The position numbers were made by a program, and so were the translations under genes. Source: Macrostomum lignano (Eukaryota). Taken from it: a stretch of 64,000 nt of DNA. Where the stretch lies: contig NIVC01001924.1 of assembly GCA_002269645.1 (NCBI GenBank), forward strand, positions 1 through 64,000, given 5' to 3'. The notes under the pieces were generated by a model. The model worked only from the letters and a program-made list of their open reading frames with translations, was not told the origin of the DNA and did not search any database. Positions 1 to 12,216 of this stretch are shown in pieces. The first letter of the stretch is position 1; each line of letters begins with the position of its first letter.

Positions 1-540
1 ATATACATGCAGAGCTTGGCCAGCTCCTCTATCACTCTCTCACCATGGTCTCCAAGTCCTCCCGACTGCTACAGCTCTTTGGGAATTAAGGCATTTTCGG
101 GTCTGGGTTGGCCATACATTTACTCAATGCCTGAGCATTGCATGCTCAGATCTGTATGCATAGGGCTGAATGGCGAGTCCATCCTGTGTTGAGCCCTTTG
201 TGTTTGTCGAGCATGACTTTAGGTTTGGGATCTGAGCGAGCGGGATTGGCCCCATTTTGCATGAGGCCCGCTCCTCAAGGAGACCAGTCACTTTTTGTTG
301 GAGAGAATCCACTTAATTAGCTAAATTTTACCTAAAGCACGAATGCTATTTCTAATTCATAGAAGAGACTTCTGGATTTAAACTGACTTTTTTACTATTT
401 TTTCAGGAAAAAGTGTATGTAGAATTTAATCAAAAATTTTAGTGAAACCTCAGTCAACTTTGTCGTATTTTTTTTATCTAATAACACTATGAGAGCCTCC
501 GAGCTGACAACTTTAAGGTAAGGTTCAACAACTAAGACTC

Positions 541-970
541 TAGCAACGGTCAGATATTTTTCTTAAGAAATCCCTAGCAACGGTTGTTAGGTGTTATTTC
601 TTAGAAAGTCCCTAGCAACGATTGTCAGGTATGATTTCTTAGAAAATCCCTAGCAGCGGTTGTCAGGTATGATTTCTTAGAAAATCCCTAGCAGCGGTTG
701 TCAGGTATGATTTCTTAGAAAATCCCTAGCAGCGGTTGTCAGGTGTGATTTCTTAGAAAATCCCTAGCAGCGGTTGTCAGGTGTGATTTCTTAGAAAATC
801 CCTAGCAGCGGTTGTCAGATGTGATTTCTTAGAAAATCCCTAGCAGCGGTTGTCAGGTGTGATTTCTTAGAAAATCCCTAGCAACGGTTTTAAGGTATGA
901 TTTCATACAAAATGTCTAGCAACGGTTGTCAGGTAAGATTCTACAATCACGAACCTGCCCAGCAACGGTT
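541..970. repeat. 38-bp minisatellite (TAGCAGCGGTTGTCAGGTATGATTTCTTAGAAAATCCC), about 10 copies
   Basis: Unit read directly; edge copies are degenerate. Confidence 0.95.
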
Positions 971-1589
971 GATAAGGTAAGTTTATGAGTTACCTTCTTA
1001 GAAAATATAATAAATGGTCACATTTGTTTAAAGAACAATTTTCTCTTGAGGAATAATTTTTGACAAAAATGAAAAAAATAATAAAATATTTAGATTATAA
1101 CAGACAATAGTCTAAATATCGATTCCGTAATATTGTGATAAATGAGCTGAGCAAACAAATTAAAATTTATCTGATTTTTCAAGGACTAAGATAAGTAATG
1201 TATTAGGGGGCATTCACGACATCAAAAAACAGATAAAATTACGTGTACTTTGCAACAAGCAAGGTCCCAAAAACAAAACAGTTTGATAGTTTTTTTTTTA
1301 AATTAAACTTTTCGAAAAAATGTAATTAATATAACAAAAATTATCGCCGCAACGAACTGATCAAGCAAGTTCGAGAGAGATAAGACGCGTGCAAAAATAT
1401 GCTTTTGATCAATTAAAAAAAACGACGCAATTATTCAATGAACAATGGGCTCTTTATAACAGCATCTGGGCAAAAGATGAAGAGGTGGAGTCTGGGGTGA
1501 TTTCGAATAAACTTCGAGAAAGCATTTTGCCTGATAGCTTATGCGAGACAGCTAGCTACCAAGATTTTTAGCGATTGTCCTTTCTCAAT

Positions 1590-3520
1590 CAGATTTCAAT
1601 CAGGTTTCAGTCAGATTTCAGTCAGATTTCAGTCAGATGTCAGTCAGATGTCAGTCAGATGTCAGTCAGGATTCATTTAGATCTCAATCAGGATTCAGTC
1701 AAATGTCAGTCAGGATTCAGTCTGGATTCAGTCAGATGTCATTCAGATCTCATTCAGGATTCAGTCAGATGTCAGTCAGGATTCAGTCTGGATTCAGTCA
1801 GATGTCATTCAGATCTCATTCAGGATTCAGTCAGATGTCAGTCAGGATTCAGTCTGGATTCAGTCAGATGTCATTCAGATCTCAATTAGGATTCAGTCAG
1901 ATGTCAGTCAGGATTCAGTCTGGATTCAGTCAGGATTCAGTCAGATGTCATTCAGATCTCAATCAGGATTCAGTCAAATGTCAGTCAGGATTCAGTCAGG
2001 ATTCAGTCAGATGTCATTCAGATCTCAATTAGGATTCAGTCAGATGTCAGTCAGGATTCAGTCAGGATTCAGTCAGATGTCAGTCAGGATTCAGTCAGGA
2101 TTCAGTCAGATGTCATTCAGGATTCAGTCGGATGTCATTCAGGATTCAGTCAGATGTCAGTCAGGATTCAGTCTGATGTCAGTCAGATTTCAGTCAGATG
2201 TCAGTCAGGATTCAGTCAGATGTCAGTCAGATGTCAGTCAGATGTCAGTCAGGATTCATTTAGATCTCAGTCAGGATTCAGTCAAATGTCAGTCAAGATT
2301 CAGTCTGGATTCAGTCAGATGTCAGTCAGGATTCAGTCAGGATTCAGTCAGATGTCATTCAGGATTCAGTCTGATGTCATTCAGGATTCAGTCAGATGTC
2401 ATTCAGGATTCAGTCAGATGTCAGTCAGATTTCAGTCAGATGTCAGTCAGGATTCAGTCGGATGTCATTCAGGATTCAGTCTGATGTCATTCAGGATTCA
2501 GTCAGATGTCATTCAGGATTCAGTCAGATGTCAGTCAGATTTCAGTCAGGATTCAGTCGGATGTCATTCAGGATTCAGTCAGATGTCAGTCAGGATTCAG
2601 TCAGATGTCATTCAGGATTCAGTCAGATGTCATTCAGGATTCAGTCAGATGTCATTCAGGATTCAGTCAGATGTCAGTCAGGATTCAGTCAGGATTCAGT
2701 CGGATGTCATTCAGGATTCAGTCAGATGTCAGTCAGGATTCAGTCAGATGTCAGTCAGGATTCAGTCGGATGTCATTCAGGATTCAGTCAGATGTCATTC
2801 AGGATTCAGTCAGATGTCAGTCAGGATTCAGTCAGATGTCATTCAGGATTCAGTCAGATGTCATTCAGGATTCAGTCAGATGTCAGTCAGGATTCAGTCA
2901 GATGTCATTCGGATTCAGTCAGATGTCAGTCAGGATTCAGTCAGATGTCAGTCAGGATTCAGTCAGATGTCATTCAGGATTCAGTCAGATGTCATTCAGG
3001 ATTCAGTCAGATGTCATTCAGGATTCAGTCAGATGTCAGTCAGGATTCAGTCAGATGTCATTCAGGATTCAGTCAGATGTCATTCAGGATTCAGTCAGAT
3101 GTCATTCAGGATTCAGTCAGATGTCATTCAGGATTCAGTCAGATGTCATTCAGGATTCAGTCAGATGTCATTCAGGATTCAGTCAGATGTCAGTCAGGAT
3201 TCAGTCAGATGTCATTCAGGATTCAGTCAGATGTCATTCAGGATTCAGTCAGATGTCATTCAGGATTCAGTCAGATGTCAGTCAGGATTCAGTCAGGATT
3301 CAGTCGGATGTCATTCAGGATTCAGTCAGATGTCAGTCAGGATTCAGTCAGATGTCAGTCAGATATCAGTCAGATGTCAGTCAGGATTCATTTAGATCTC
3401 AGTCAGGATTCAGTCAGATGTCATTCAGGATTCAGTCAGATGTCAGTCAGATTTCAGTCAGATGTCAGTCAGATTTCAGTCAGATGTCAGTCAGGATTCA
3501 GTCTGATTTCATTCAGGGTC
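1590..3520. repeat. ~1.9-kb satellite of 11-bp modules (CAGGATTCAGT / CAGATGTCAKT), mostly as a 22-bp dimer
   Basis: Read directly. The ORF track gives 22-aa periodic peptides (IQSDVIQDSVRCHSGFSQMSFR) in several frames, as expected for a 22-bp unit. Confidence 0.95.
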
Positions 3521-3531
3521 ACATGTCCCAG

Positions 3532-6500
3532 TTAATCCTCAGTAGACACCATCGCCACAGCCACAGGCGCGGAGGTCGCTGCCAGGGTTGTCTCCGCTGT
3601 GCCTTCGTCTGTGGGCGTCGCACTCTTGTCAGGAGACTGCGACCTGACGTGTTCCAGACTCTCGATTTCGTCATCAGCTGGTCGAATCAGCTGCGATTCG
3701 TGATGCTGCTGCTGAAGCTGTTTCAGCTCCATGCAGGACTCATCCACTCGGACACCCAGCTCAGCCTTGTCTGCAGACAGCTTGACCAGCCTCCTCTTGC
3801 CAATGGCATCCGCTTCATCAATAATGTTGGTCTGATTTTTTCGGCTACGCCGATTGCGACGAAATATTCGATCAAATTCCGAGCGAAAGTTCTCGCTGAA
3901 GAAGCCGTGCAGGGCGGGGTTGGCGCAGGCGGACAGCAGCAGGAGCAGCAAGCAGCCGCCCTGCAGCATCGGGATGTTGAAGATGTCGGAGCCTTCGCTG
4001 CTGCCACCGCCAACTCCAGCGCCGCCTCCAGTGGTACCACCGCCGCCGCCGCTGTTATTGAAGTTGATCTTCAGCGACTGCACCCTCAGCGTGGCCACGT
4101 CCATGTAGATGTTCTGGATAGTCAGCGGGCACCAGCTGACTGCGAACTGGCCGACGGTCAGCACCAGCAGCAGCTTGGCCCGGGTCTGCTTCCGATGCTC
4201 CCGACGGGATCGGCGTCGGCGATACTCGGACGTCGACCGGCTCGGCTGCCGGATGCTGGGATGCCGGCGCTGCATCACCCGGCCGATTCTGGCGTAGGCA
4301 ACCAGCAGGACCGTCAGCGGGATGAGGAACTGGACGGCCAGGGTCACGCAGCTGTAGGCCAGCTTCAGCGAGGTGCCCAGGCCGGCGCCGGTGTCCTCGG
4401 AGCACAGGTACACCCGGCGACTGGAGAAGCCGCGGTTCTGCGTCAGCTTAGCCAGCCAGGCCAGCGGCGAGGCCATCAGCAGGCCGAGGCCCCAGATCAG
4501 CAGCACGAAAGCTTTGAGTCGGCTTCGGGATACCCGACTGGTGGACGGATGGACGATGGCCTGCGAATGTTTTCCGGTTGGGTTGAATGAAGTTTGAGCA
4601 GCTGTACATGTAGTCAGCCGAAATTTATCGTGAATTCCAAAGCTGACTGTCGCTCCTCGACCCGCACCATTCATTTGGGGCTTGTGTGCACTAAAAGCTA
4701 CTGACGTGCGATTCGCAACCCCCAAGGCACGGAGAGTGTACATCCCTGACGATCAGAAAGTCAGGGCCACTGTACACACTGTGTGAGCGTGGGTGTGAGT
4801 TCGTACAGTATGCGTTCAGGAGTCAGCGGAGTTGGCCGATGCGACCAAACTGTGTGAAGGACCTCCGAACCTCTCTGACTGGATCCCGCGCGATTGCTCT
4901 GGCGCATGGCAGTTGAAAAAATCCATTGAGATCAATTCGATTGTCAGCTTCCTTCATCGAAATTTCTTGAATATCCTCAAGCCGTCCATATCGTGCCAGA
5001 AAGAAAATTCGGATCGTTTTTCCCCCGAACAGAAATCACTCGTGACTCGTGACGAGAAGGAGCTCTGAGGGGAAGCCGCTGACCAGCGGGCTACAGCGAC
5101 TGATGAGGCAGTTTTAAATACACAGGGGTCGGGCAGACCTCATCTGGACTCAATCAAGAGGATTCCATCAAAGCAGCCCCTCGTCTACTGTCCCAGCATC
5201 CATGCAATCTGTCGTCGTCATCAGATTAGAAAGAGTAAATCCCAACGCGCACACCATGTGGGGCAGAAGGCCAAAACTGGATTGTGAGCTTCTACGCACG
5301 CGAAATCTGTCAGATGGGAGGGCAGGGCGGAGGACGCTGTGAATTAATTACAACCGATTGGAGGAGGGCCCAGCGTCTGTCAGAGCCCAGAGTCGGGCCG
5401 GTCCACAGAGAGAGAGAGGGAAACGGAAAAGCGGGGAAGAGAACTGCAACAAAATCCTATGGGTCGAGCTAGGTCCTTCCTCTATAGTTTAGGCTCAAAA
5501 AAGAATTAGAACGAGTCTCGGAAAAGCAGGCTATGCTTCATGGCGTCCCATTAACATTAATATATGTTAAAATTATTACGTACTGGACACCAAAGTCTAC
5601 ACACTTAGCAGACACCCTAGTGGACAGTCCGATGGACACCATATAGTGGACAATCTGCAGATGGACACCCTATAGTGGACAATCTAATGGACACCCTATA
5701 GTGGACAATCTAATGGACACCCTATAGTGGACAATCTAATGGACACCCTATAGTGGACAATCTAATGGACACCCTATAGTGGACAATCTAATGGACACCC
5801 TATAGTGGACAATCTAATGGACACCCTATAGTGGACAATCTAATGGACACCCTATAATGGATCGACGAGTTGATGGACACCCTAGGAGACGAGTTGATGG
5901 ATAACCTAGGAGACGATTTGGTGGATAACCTAGGAGACGAGTTGATGGACACCCTAGGAGACGAGTTGATGGATAACCTAGGAGACGATTTGGTGGATAA
6001 CCTAGAAGACGAGTTGATGGATAACCTAGGAGACGATTTGGTGGATAACCTAGGAGACGAGTTGATGGATAACCTAGGAGACGATTTGGTGGATAACCTA
6101 GTAGACGATTTGGTGGATAACCTAGGAGACGATTTGGTGGATAACCTAGAAGACGATTTGATGGATAACCTAGGAGACGATTTGGTGGATAACCTAGAAG
6201 ACGATTTGATGGATAACCTAGTAGACGAGTTGATGGATAACCTAGTAGACGAGTTGATGGACACCTAGTAGACGAGTTGATGGATAACCTAGTAGACGAG
6301 TTGATGGATAACCTAGTAGACGAGTTGATGGATAACCTAGTAGACGAGTTGATGGATAACCTAGTAGACGAGTTGATGGATAACCTAGTAGACGAGTTGA
6401 TGGATAACCTAGTAGACGAGTTGATGGATAACCTAGTGGAAAATCTGATGAAGATTTAAATCTAAACTCAAATGGACACCCTTTGTTGACACCCTACTGG

Positions 6501-7122
6501 ACACCATAGAGCTGACATTTAAATGTCAATATTCGTGGACTATTAACGACCAAGCAACCAAGGTAACCTCGGTTTTACTCTTTGTTTGACTACAAGTCAG
6601 CGCTCTGTTCTAAGAATGGACATATCAACTCACGTGGAATCTGTCCAGTGCTATTGCGCTAACGGAGAACGTGGACACGAACAGGTTCACGCCGGTGAGC
6701 AAATTGCCCAGCTTGCACAAAGCGCTGCCATAGAGCCATCCGTAATGAGGCTGCAACAGTCGGAGCAGGTTCAACGGTTGAGTGACCACACAGAGCAACA
6801 GATCGGAACAAGCCAAATTCAACACGAATGCGTAATGCGACGAGGTTCGTAGTTCGCGTCGTGAGCAGACGACTCCAATTAGTAGAAGGTTGAGAAAAGC
6901 GCCGAGAAGTATGAGGATGGCGAACGCTCCGGCAAGGCAGAGCATCGGCGGGAGTCGCTGGCGCTGCATCGCCAGGGTGCCCTCCTCGATGGTCTCGATC
7001 ACGCTGGTGAGATTGGTGAAGTTCATGCACTTGTAGAACCTGTAGTAGTCGTACATGCTCAGCGGCGGCTCGCCCTCCCTGGGCAGCGGCAGCAGGTGCA
7101 GACATGGGTTTCTAACTAGCAT
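3532..7122 (-). CDS. Rhodopsin-family neuropeptide GPCR, NPY/NPF/PrRP-receptor-like, 2 coding exons
   Basis: Exon 1 is 7122 (or ATG at 7056)..6634 and ends DRFH|gtgagt. Exon 2 is 4560..3532, after ttcgcag|, and starts AIVHP, giving the DRxxAIVHP TM3/ICL2 motif in phase 0. TM2 NLACSDLLL, TM6 FAVSWCP and TM7 SACANPALHGFFSENF are visible. Stop TAA at 3534-3532. The start codon choice is uncertain. Confidence 0.85.
5620..5860. repeat. 26-bp minisatellite (GGACACCCTATAGTGGACAATCTAAT) in the GPCR intron
   Basis: Read directly. Confidence 0.95.
5862..6445. repeat. 24-bp minisatellite (GACGAGTTGATGGATAACCTAGKA) abutting the 26-bp array
   Basis: Read directly; 8-aa periodic ORFs (MDNLVDEL). Confidence 0.95.
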
Positions 7123-7994
7123 AGTTTGAACCGATGAATGGCTTCTATTCTTGGAGTTCTTGTGTTCTCTGTTGGCTTCGTCTGCTTTGAAGTTTTCAGG
7201 CAATGCTTTTATTAGCTAGTGAGAGGGGGGGGGTAAAACTCTCAAAGAAACAAAGGAGAAGGTACCGGGGGGCTCGCACCGCGCTTCGCTGCTCTAGCTA
7301 ATAAGGGGAAAGAGTCACGGGAAAAAGGGCGGACGCGGGCGGGATTTGATTGAGCCGCAGGGATCGCTGTCCCCAGAGCTCTGGTTGGCTGGCTGCAGAG
7401 TTTGGACCCGGGGAGAATCTGAGAGCCCCATCAGCAGAGGGAGAGGGACAGAGAGGAAGCCTCTTGGAAGGCCTAGCAGTGCAGCTTCTGCAACTTCGGC
7501 TTCTGTCTTGTCTTGAAGAGCCAAGGAAAACGATTGGAGAGGAGCGACATGGAGAGAGAGGGAGAGGAGAACGCGTTGAGTCTTCAAAGCAGACTGCGTA
7601 GGCGGGAGGAAGGACAGGGTTATCAGCTCAAAGAGAGGTGAAATGCAAAGATTTTTTGACGCTGAGAGCCGCAGCTGCGTCGCGAAAATTAGAGGCGTTT
7701 TTTTCGTTTTTCCTTTCAGAGTCTGCTTTACAACGAAAAGCCGGAAAAAAGAAACTAAGAAAGCTGATGCTGATTATAGGGATAAATTGGTGTGGAAGCT
7801 GTCTTCAATTAGCCCGCCAGTATACATAGGCCTACCGCTGAAGGACGGAACAGAGACCTCTTAGCGCTCTCTACGAGAATGCCTGAAGGACATCATCCCA
7901 CATGTACATGTAATGGGCCATAGAAGACATACTGAACACCCAAGTCTAAAACCGTCAGTAGATGCTCTAAAAAACACACGAACGAATACTTTAG

Positions 7995-8635
7995 AGGACA
8001 CCCTATAGTGGATAATCCAATGGACACCCTATATTGGTGGACAATCTGATAGACACCCTTATAGTGGACAATCTAATGGACACCCTATATTGGTGGACAA
8101 TCTGATAGACACCCTTATAGTCGACAATCTAATGGACAACCTATAGTGGTAGATAAATCTGATAGACACCCTTATAGTGGACAATCTAATAGACGCCCTT
8201 ATAGTGGACAATCTATTAGACACCCTATAGTGGACAATCTAATGGACATGGACACTATCGTTGACAATCTCATGGACACTCTATCGTGGACAATCTAATG
8301 GACATGGACACTATCGTTGACAATCTCATGGACACTCTATCGTGGACAATCTAATGGACACTCTATCGTGGACAATCTAATGGACACTCTATCGTGGACA
8401 ATCTAATGGACACTCTATCGTGGACAATCTAATGGACACCCTATAGTGGACAATCTAATGGACATGGACACTATCGTGGACAATCTAATGGACACTCTAT
8501 CGTGGACAATCTAATGGACACTCTATCGTGGACAATCTAATGGACACTCTATCGTGGACAATCTAATGGACATGGACACTATCGTGGACAATCTAATGGA
8601 CACCCTATTGTGGACATATTCGTGGACTCAATTTG
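7995..8635. repeat. Second array of the 26-bp GGACAC(C/T)CTAT(A/C)GTGGACAATCTAAT family
   Basis: Same unit as 5620-5860, with longer and shorter variants. Confidence 0.95.
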
Positions 8636-9219
8636 GACACCAAAAAGCGTAAGTCATATGTAAATATTCTTGGACTTGCAACGACTGAGCAACCAAAAAA
8701 TGTTTCTTTAGTCGAGCACTGACTCAGCTGCTATAGGTATGTTATTTACACCTGGTTGGATACTTCAACTTCATCAATCTATCGTTATCTCGCGGGTGCC
8801 ATGTAATTATTTCGGCACTATAATCCGGATTAGGAAATATTATAATTAATATCCATCCAACCAGCCGAGAGGCTGTGCAGTGGCGCCTACGGTGTAATTA
8901 ATTATCGACTGAGGAGCTACCTGTGACTAAAAAAAATAGTGCGACTTTATTTGCCCGAAAGAGTCTCGTAAACTTCTCTGAATATGGAAAAAACAAAATT
9001 ATACTTTAAATTTAGACTCTTTCTAGAACGCTAAACATGAAAGAGTAGTTTGTCCTTAGACTATAGCTAGTGAAGAACTGGCTTAATGTGATTTAAATGC
9101 ATATGGCTCTTTTGGCTATAAACAGTTTTTGTTGAAATTTGATCCTTTTGAACAAAAACAGTTCACCGAGAACACGCAGATGAAAAGTGCGTCTCATAAA
9201 TAATTAGCAAGAGGGAACC

Positions 9220-9860
9220 TTTATGACCAGCCTCAATGACCAAATAGGAGAGTCTATATGACCAACAAGCAGGAGGAGAGAGCCTTTATGACCAAGCAGG
9301 AGTAGAGAGCCTCTATGACCAAGCAGGAGCTGAGAGTCTCTATGACCAAGCAGGAGTAGAGAGCCTCTATGACCAAGCAGGAGCTGAGAGTCTCTATGAC
9401 CAAGCAGGAGCTGAGAGCCTAGCTCTATGACCAAGCAGGAGGAGAGAGCCTCTATGACCAAGCAGGAGGAGAGAGCCTCTATGACCAAGCAGGAGCTGAG
9501 AGTCTCTATGACCAAGCAGGAGGAGAGAGTCTCTATGACCAAGCAGGAGCTGAGAGCCTCTATGAGCAAGCAGGAGCTGAGAGCCTCTATGACCAAGCAG
9601 GAGGAGAGAGCCTCTATGACCAAGCAGGAGCTGAGAGTCTCTATGACCAAGCAGGATCTGAGAGCCTCTATGACTTAGCAGGAGAGAGCCGGCCTTTATG
9701 ACCAAGCAGGAGCTGAGAGTCTCTATGACTTAGCAGGAGAGAGCCGGCCTTTATGACTAAGCAGGAGCTGAGAGTCTCTATGACCAAGCAGGATCTGAGA
9801 GCCTCTATGACTTAGCAGGAGAGAGCCGGCCTTTATGACCAAGCAGGAAGGAAACGAAGA
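9220..9860. repeat. 27-bp minisatellite (TATGACCAAGCAGGAGCTGAGAGCCTC)
   Basis: Read directly; 9-aa periodic ORF MTKQELRAS. Confidence 0.95.
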
Positions 9861-10006
9861 GCCGCTATGACCAAATGCTATGACCAATATCAGAATGTCA
9901 TGTTCCATCGTAGAGATTAATCTACTGTATGACAAAATACACGTAGTGCCCGCTTCGACGAAGCAGGCAACAGGTCATGCAAGCTTGTCCTCTGAATAAG
10001 CTACTT

Positions 10007-12216
10007 TGATGTAACCACGCTCTGGTCGCGGGATAGGGCATGGGAACTTTTTCGTAAGTGCCTCCTATCCCGTGTACCCCCCTGCACAGAGCCGTCGAGA
10101 CTCGGCCAGGTTTCCGACCAGGCCTGGAGACTCCCGCTCTGCTGCACCCCCCTGCTGCCTTGGTTCCGTCTCCCCTGCCGCCACACCTGCCTTCCCGGAG
10201 CTCCCTGTCCCTCTCTGTACCCTCCCCTCTACCTTATCTCCCCTGCACTCCACCCTATTCTTCTTGTACTTTCCCTATCCCCCCTCTTTTTGTCTCTCTC
10301 TGCACTCTTTTCTTGCGCTGTCCCCTCTTTCTCTACGTCTACTTACAGTATGTTGTGTGCTCACCGTCCTCCCATCCTTTCCCAAACTCCCAAACGGTGA
10401 CGCAAGTCGTGTGACCCCTTCTTCCCCCCGATGACTCATCGATGACTCACCCCCCTCTCTTGCGCAACCTTTTCTCATGCCATTGTTCTCCTCCCCAAAT
10501 TTCTCATGCGACACCCACCCCACCTCCGCTTCTATTGTTCTCGTTTTTGATTCTTTTGTTCTCTCGACCCCCACCAATATCACATTTTCTCCGATTTTCT
10601 CTTTCTTTTGTTCTCGTTTTCGCACCTAATTATCACCTTTTCCCCAATGTTTACGTTTCCATTGTTCTCAGTTCTCCCCAATTATCCCCGATTTCCAATT
10701 CCTTTGTTCTCGACCCCAGCCCTATTGTTCTCAATGTTTGCTTGCGCAACACTTTCGCGACCACCCGCTGCGCCAATTATCCCCCCACCCCACCTCCGGA
10801 TTGCGCAATTTCCCGATTTCTCATGTTGCTATGCCGGTCTCATGCTTCTCATCATGACTCATTCTGACGTCATTCTGCCGGCAGCCAATCAGAGAGAGGG
10901 AGCCATGGTAACGACCTTGAGGAGGCGGCTGTGAGGTCTATAAAAGGAAGCGATTTCGGCATGAGAATCCAAAAACTCTTCCTCTCCTCGTCCTTCTTTG
11001 GACTTGCTGTCAGATTGAGTTCTGACCCATTCGTCTATAAGACGAATCCCTGCCGGTCCGCGGTCTGTTACCGCTAAGTTATCTTCAGCTCCCCAAGTGA
11101 GCTCGCCTATCGGCCCGCGGTCTGAAACCGCCCAGCATCATCAGCATCGCCTGACCTACATCAGCGCCTCGTCGCTTCAGCGCACCGCCGCTTCACTGTC
11201 TGCTGGACTGCAACCTACAGCCGCCCTCGGTCACTCCGCCTCTCTCTCTCTCTGTGCATCTGCCGGTAAGTTCCTATTACTGATTTGTGCTCCAATTGCC
11301 TTTGCTTATCCGGAGTCTGCCTATTTGTCCATTGTCTGATTAGAGAGCTGAGCCAGTTGTAATACCGTATCTTTTGCTGTATTTTTTACCTAATAGTGAA
11401 GCCGCCTAATTGCCTGATTATTCGCCTAAGGGCCTAATTATTAACTATTAACTAACTCCATCATTATTCACTCTTTCACCATCATTTCACTCATGGCTTG
11501 CTAAGCCTTTCTCCCGGGGTGGCAAAGCATAAGGAAGTTTGGGTAAGCTAATGGCCTCTCCCCGTGCAAAGCCCGCCTGTAAGTGCGTGCTTCGGGGCCG
11601 CGTGTGCGTGCAGTAGAGGGATTAGCGAGTCTTGGCACAGAATGGCAGTAGGAAGGTTGCAACCCCATGCTGACGCGTCCCTTCGCCCTGAGCAATCTAA
11701 ACTGTAGACAGTACATGTTCGCCTCATACTACTCTTAGTAATCAAGGTCGTAAGTCAGCCTCGCTCACAGCCACAAAGGATCCCCTGCTCAGAAATCCTC
11801 CAGGATTGAGCCCAGAGTTCCCGATCATGCCCCAAGCAGAGTCCCTGTACTCGGCTGCATGTGTCTCCCCTGTTAGCCTAAATCTCCTGGTAACCATCCC
11901 AGGCGGGGCTCTAGCCTCGAGAGGTCTGGTAGAAAGATCCAGGTGCGCCAGGTCACATAGAGTGGTGGCAGCCACTCGGTCATACTATGACCGAGTGACC
12001 AACTATTGCACCTTGGCTACAGGTGGGGGTCCATGTGGGTCCTTGGCCCTCTGGTCACAAAGCGCTACCAAAGCTACCAATCATGTGGGCGGGACAGTCT
12101 GGTGCTGGAGGTCCGTCAGGTCATTGCCCGGTCATAGGCAGCCTACGGTCATTGCCCCCTCTAGTCATGCGTTCGTCTCTCTACGGAGCGGACAGGCGAC
12201 AAGGGCGGTTACATCA
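10007..12216 (+). mobile_element. Solo LTR (Ty3/Gypsy-like), 2210 bp
   Basis: Starts TGATGTAACC (10007-10016) and ends GGTTACATCA (12207-12216), a perfect 10-bp inverted pair with TG...CA ends. ACTT lies on both sides (10003-10006, 12217-12220), giving a 4-bp TSD. Internal CCAAT and TATA; no gag/pol ORF. Confidence 0.8.
10855..10945 (+). promoter_or_regulatory. LTR core promoter: AP-1, CRE, CCAAT, X-box-like half site, TATA
   Basis: TGACTCA 10855-10861, TGACGTCA 10865-10872, CCAAT 10885-10889, CCATGGTAAC 10903-10912, TATAAAA 10939-10945. Confidence 0.6.

Noticed and set aside
1-320. Degenerate ankyrin-like peptide on the minus strand (MQNGANPARSD...)
   Set aside because: Too short, interrupted by stops, and truncated by the window edge.
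1575-3535. Long + strand ORFs (up to 694 aa) over the satellite
   Set aside because: They are periodic translations of a stop-free repeat unit, open in several frames. The 694-aa ORF continues only as the antisense shadow of the GPCR exon.
7315-7587. 90-aa minus-strand ORF upstream of GPCR exon 1 as an extra coding exon
   Set aside because: No convincing donor/acceptor pair in phase and no recognisable motif; more likely 5'UTR or promoter.
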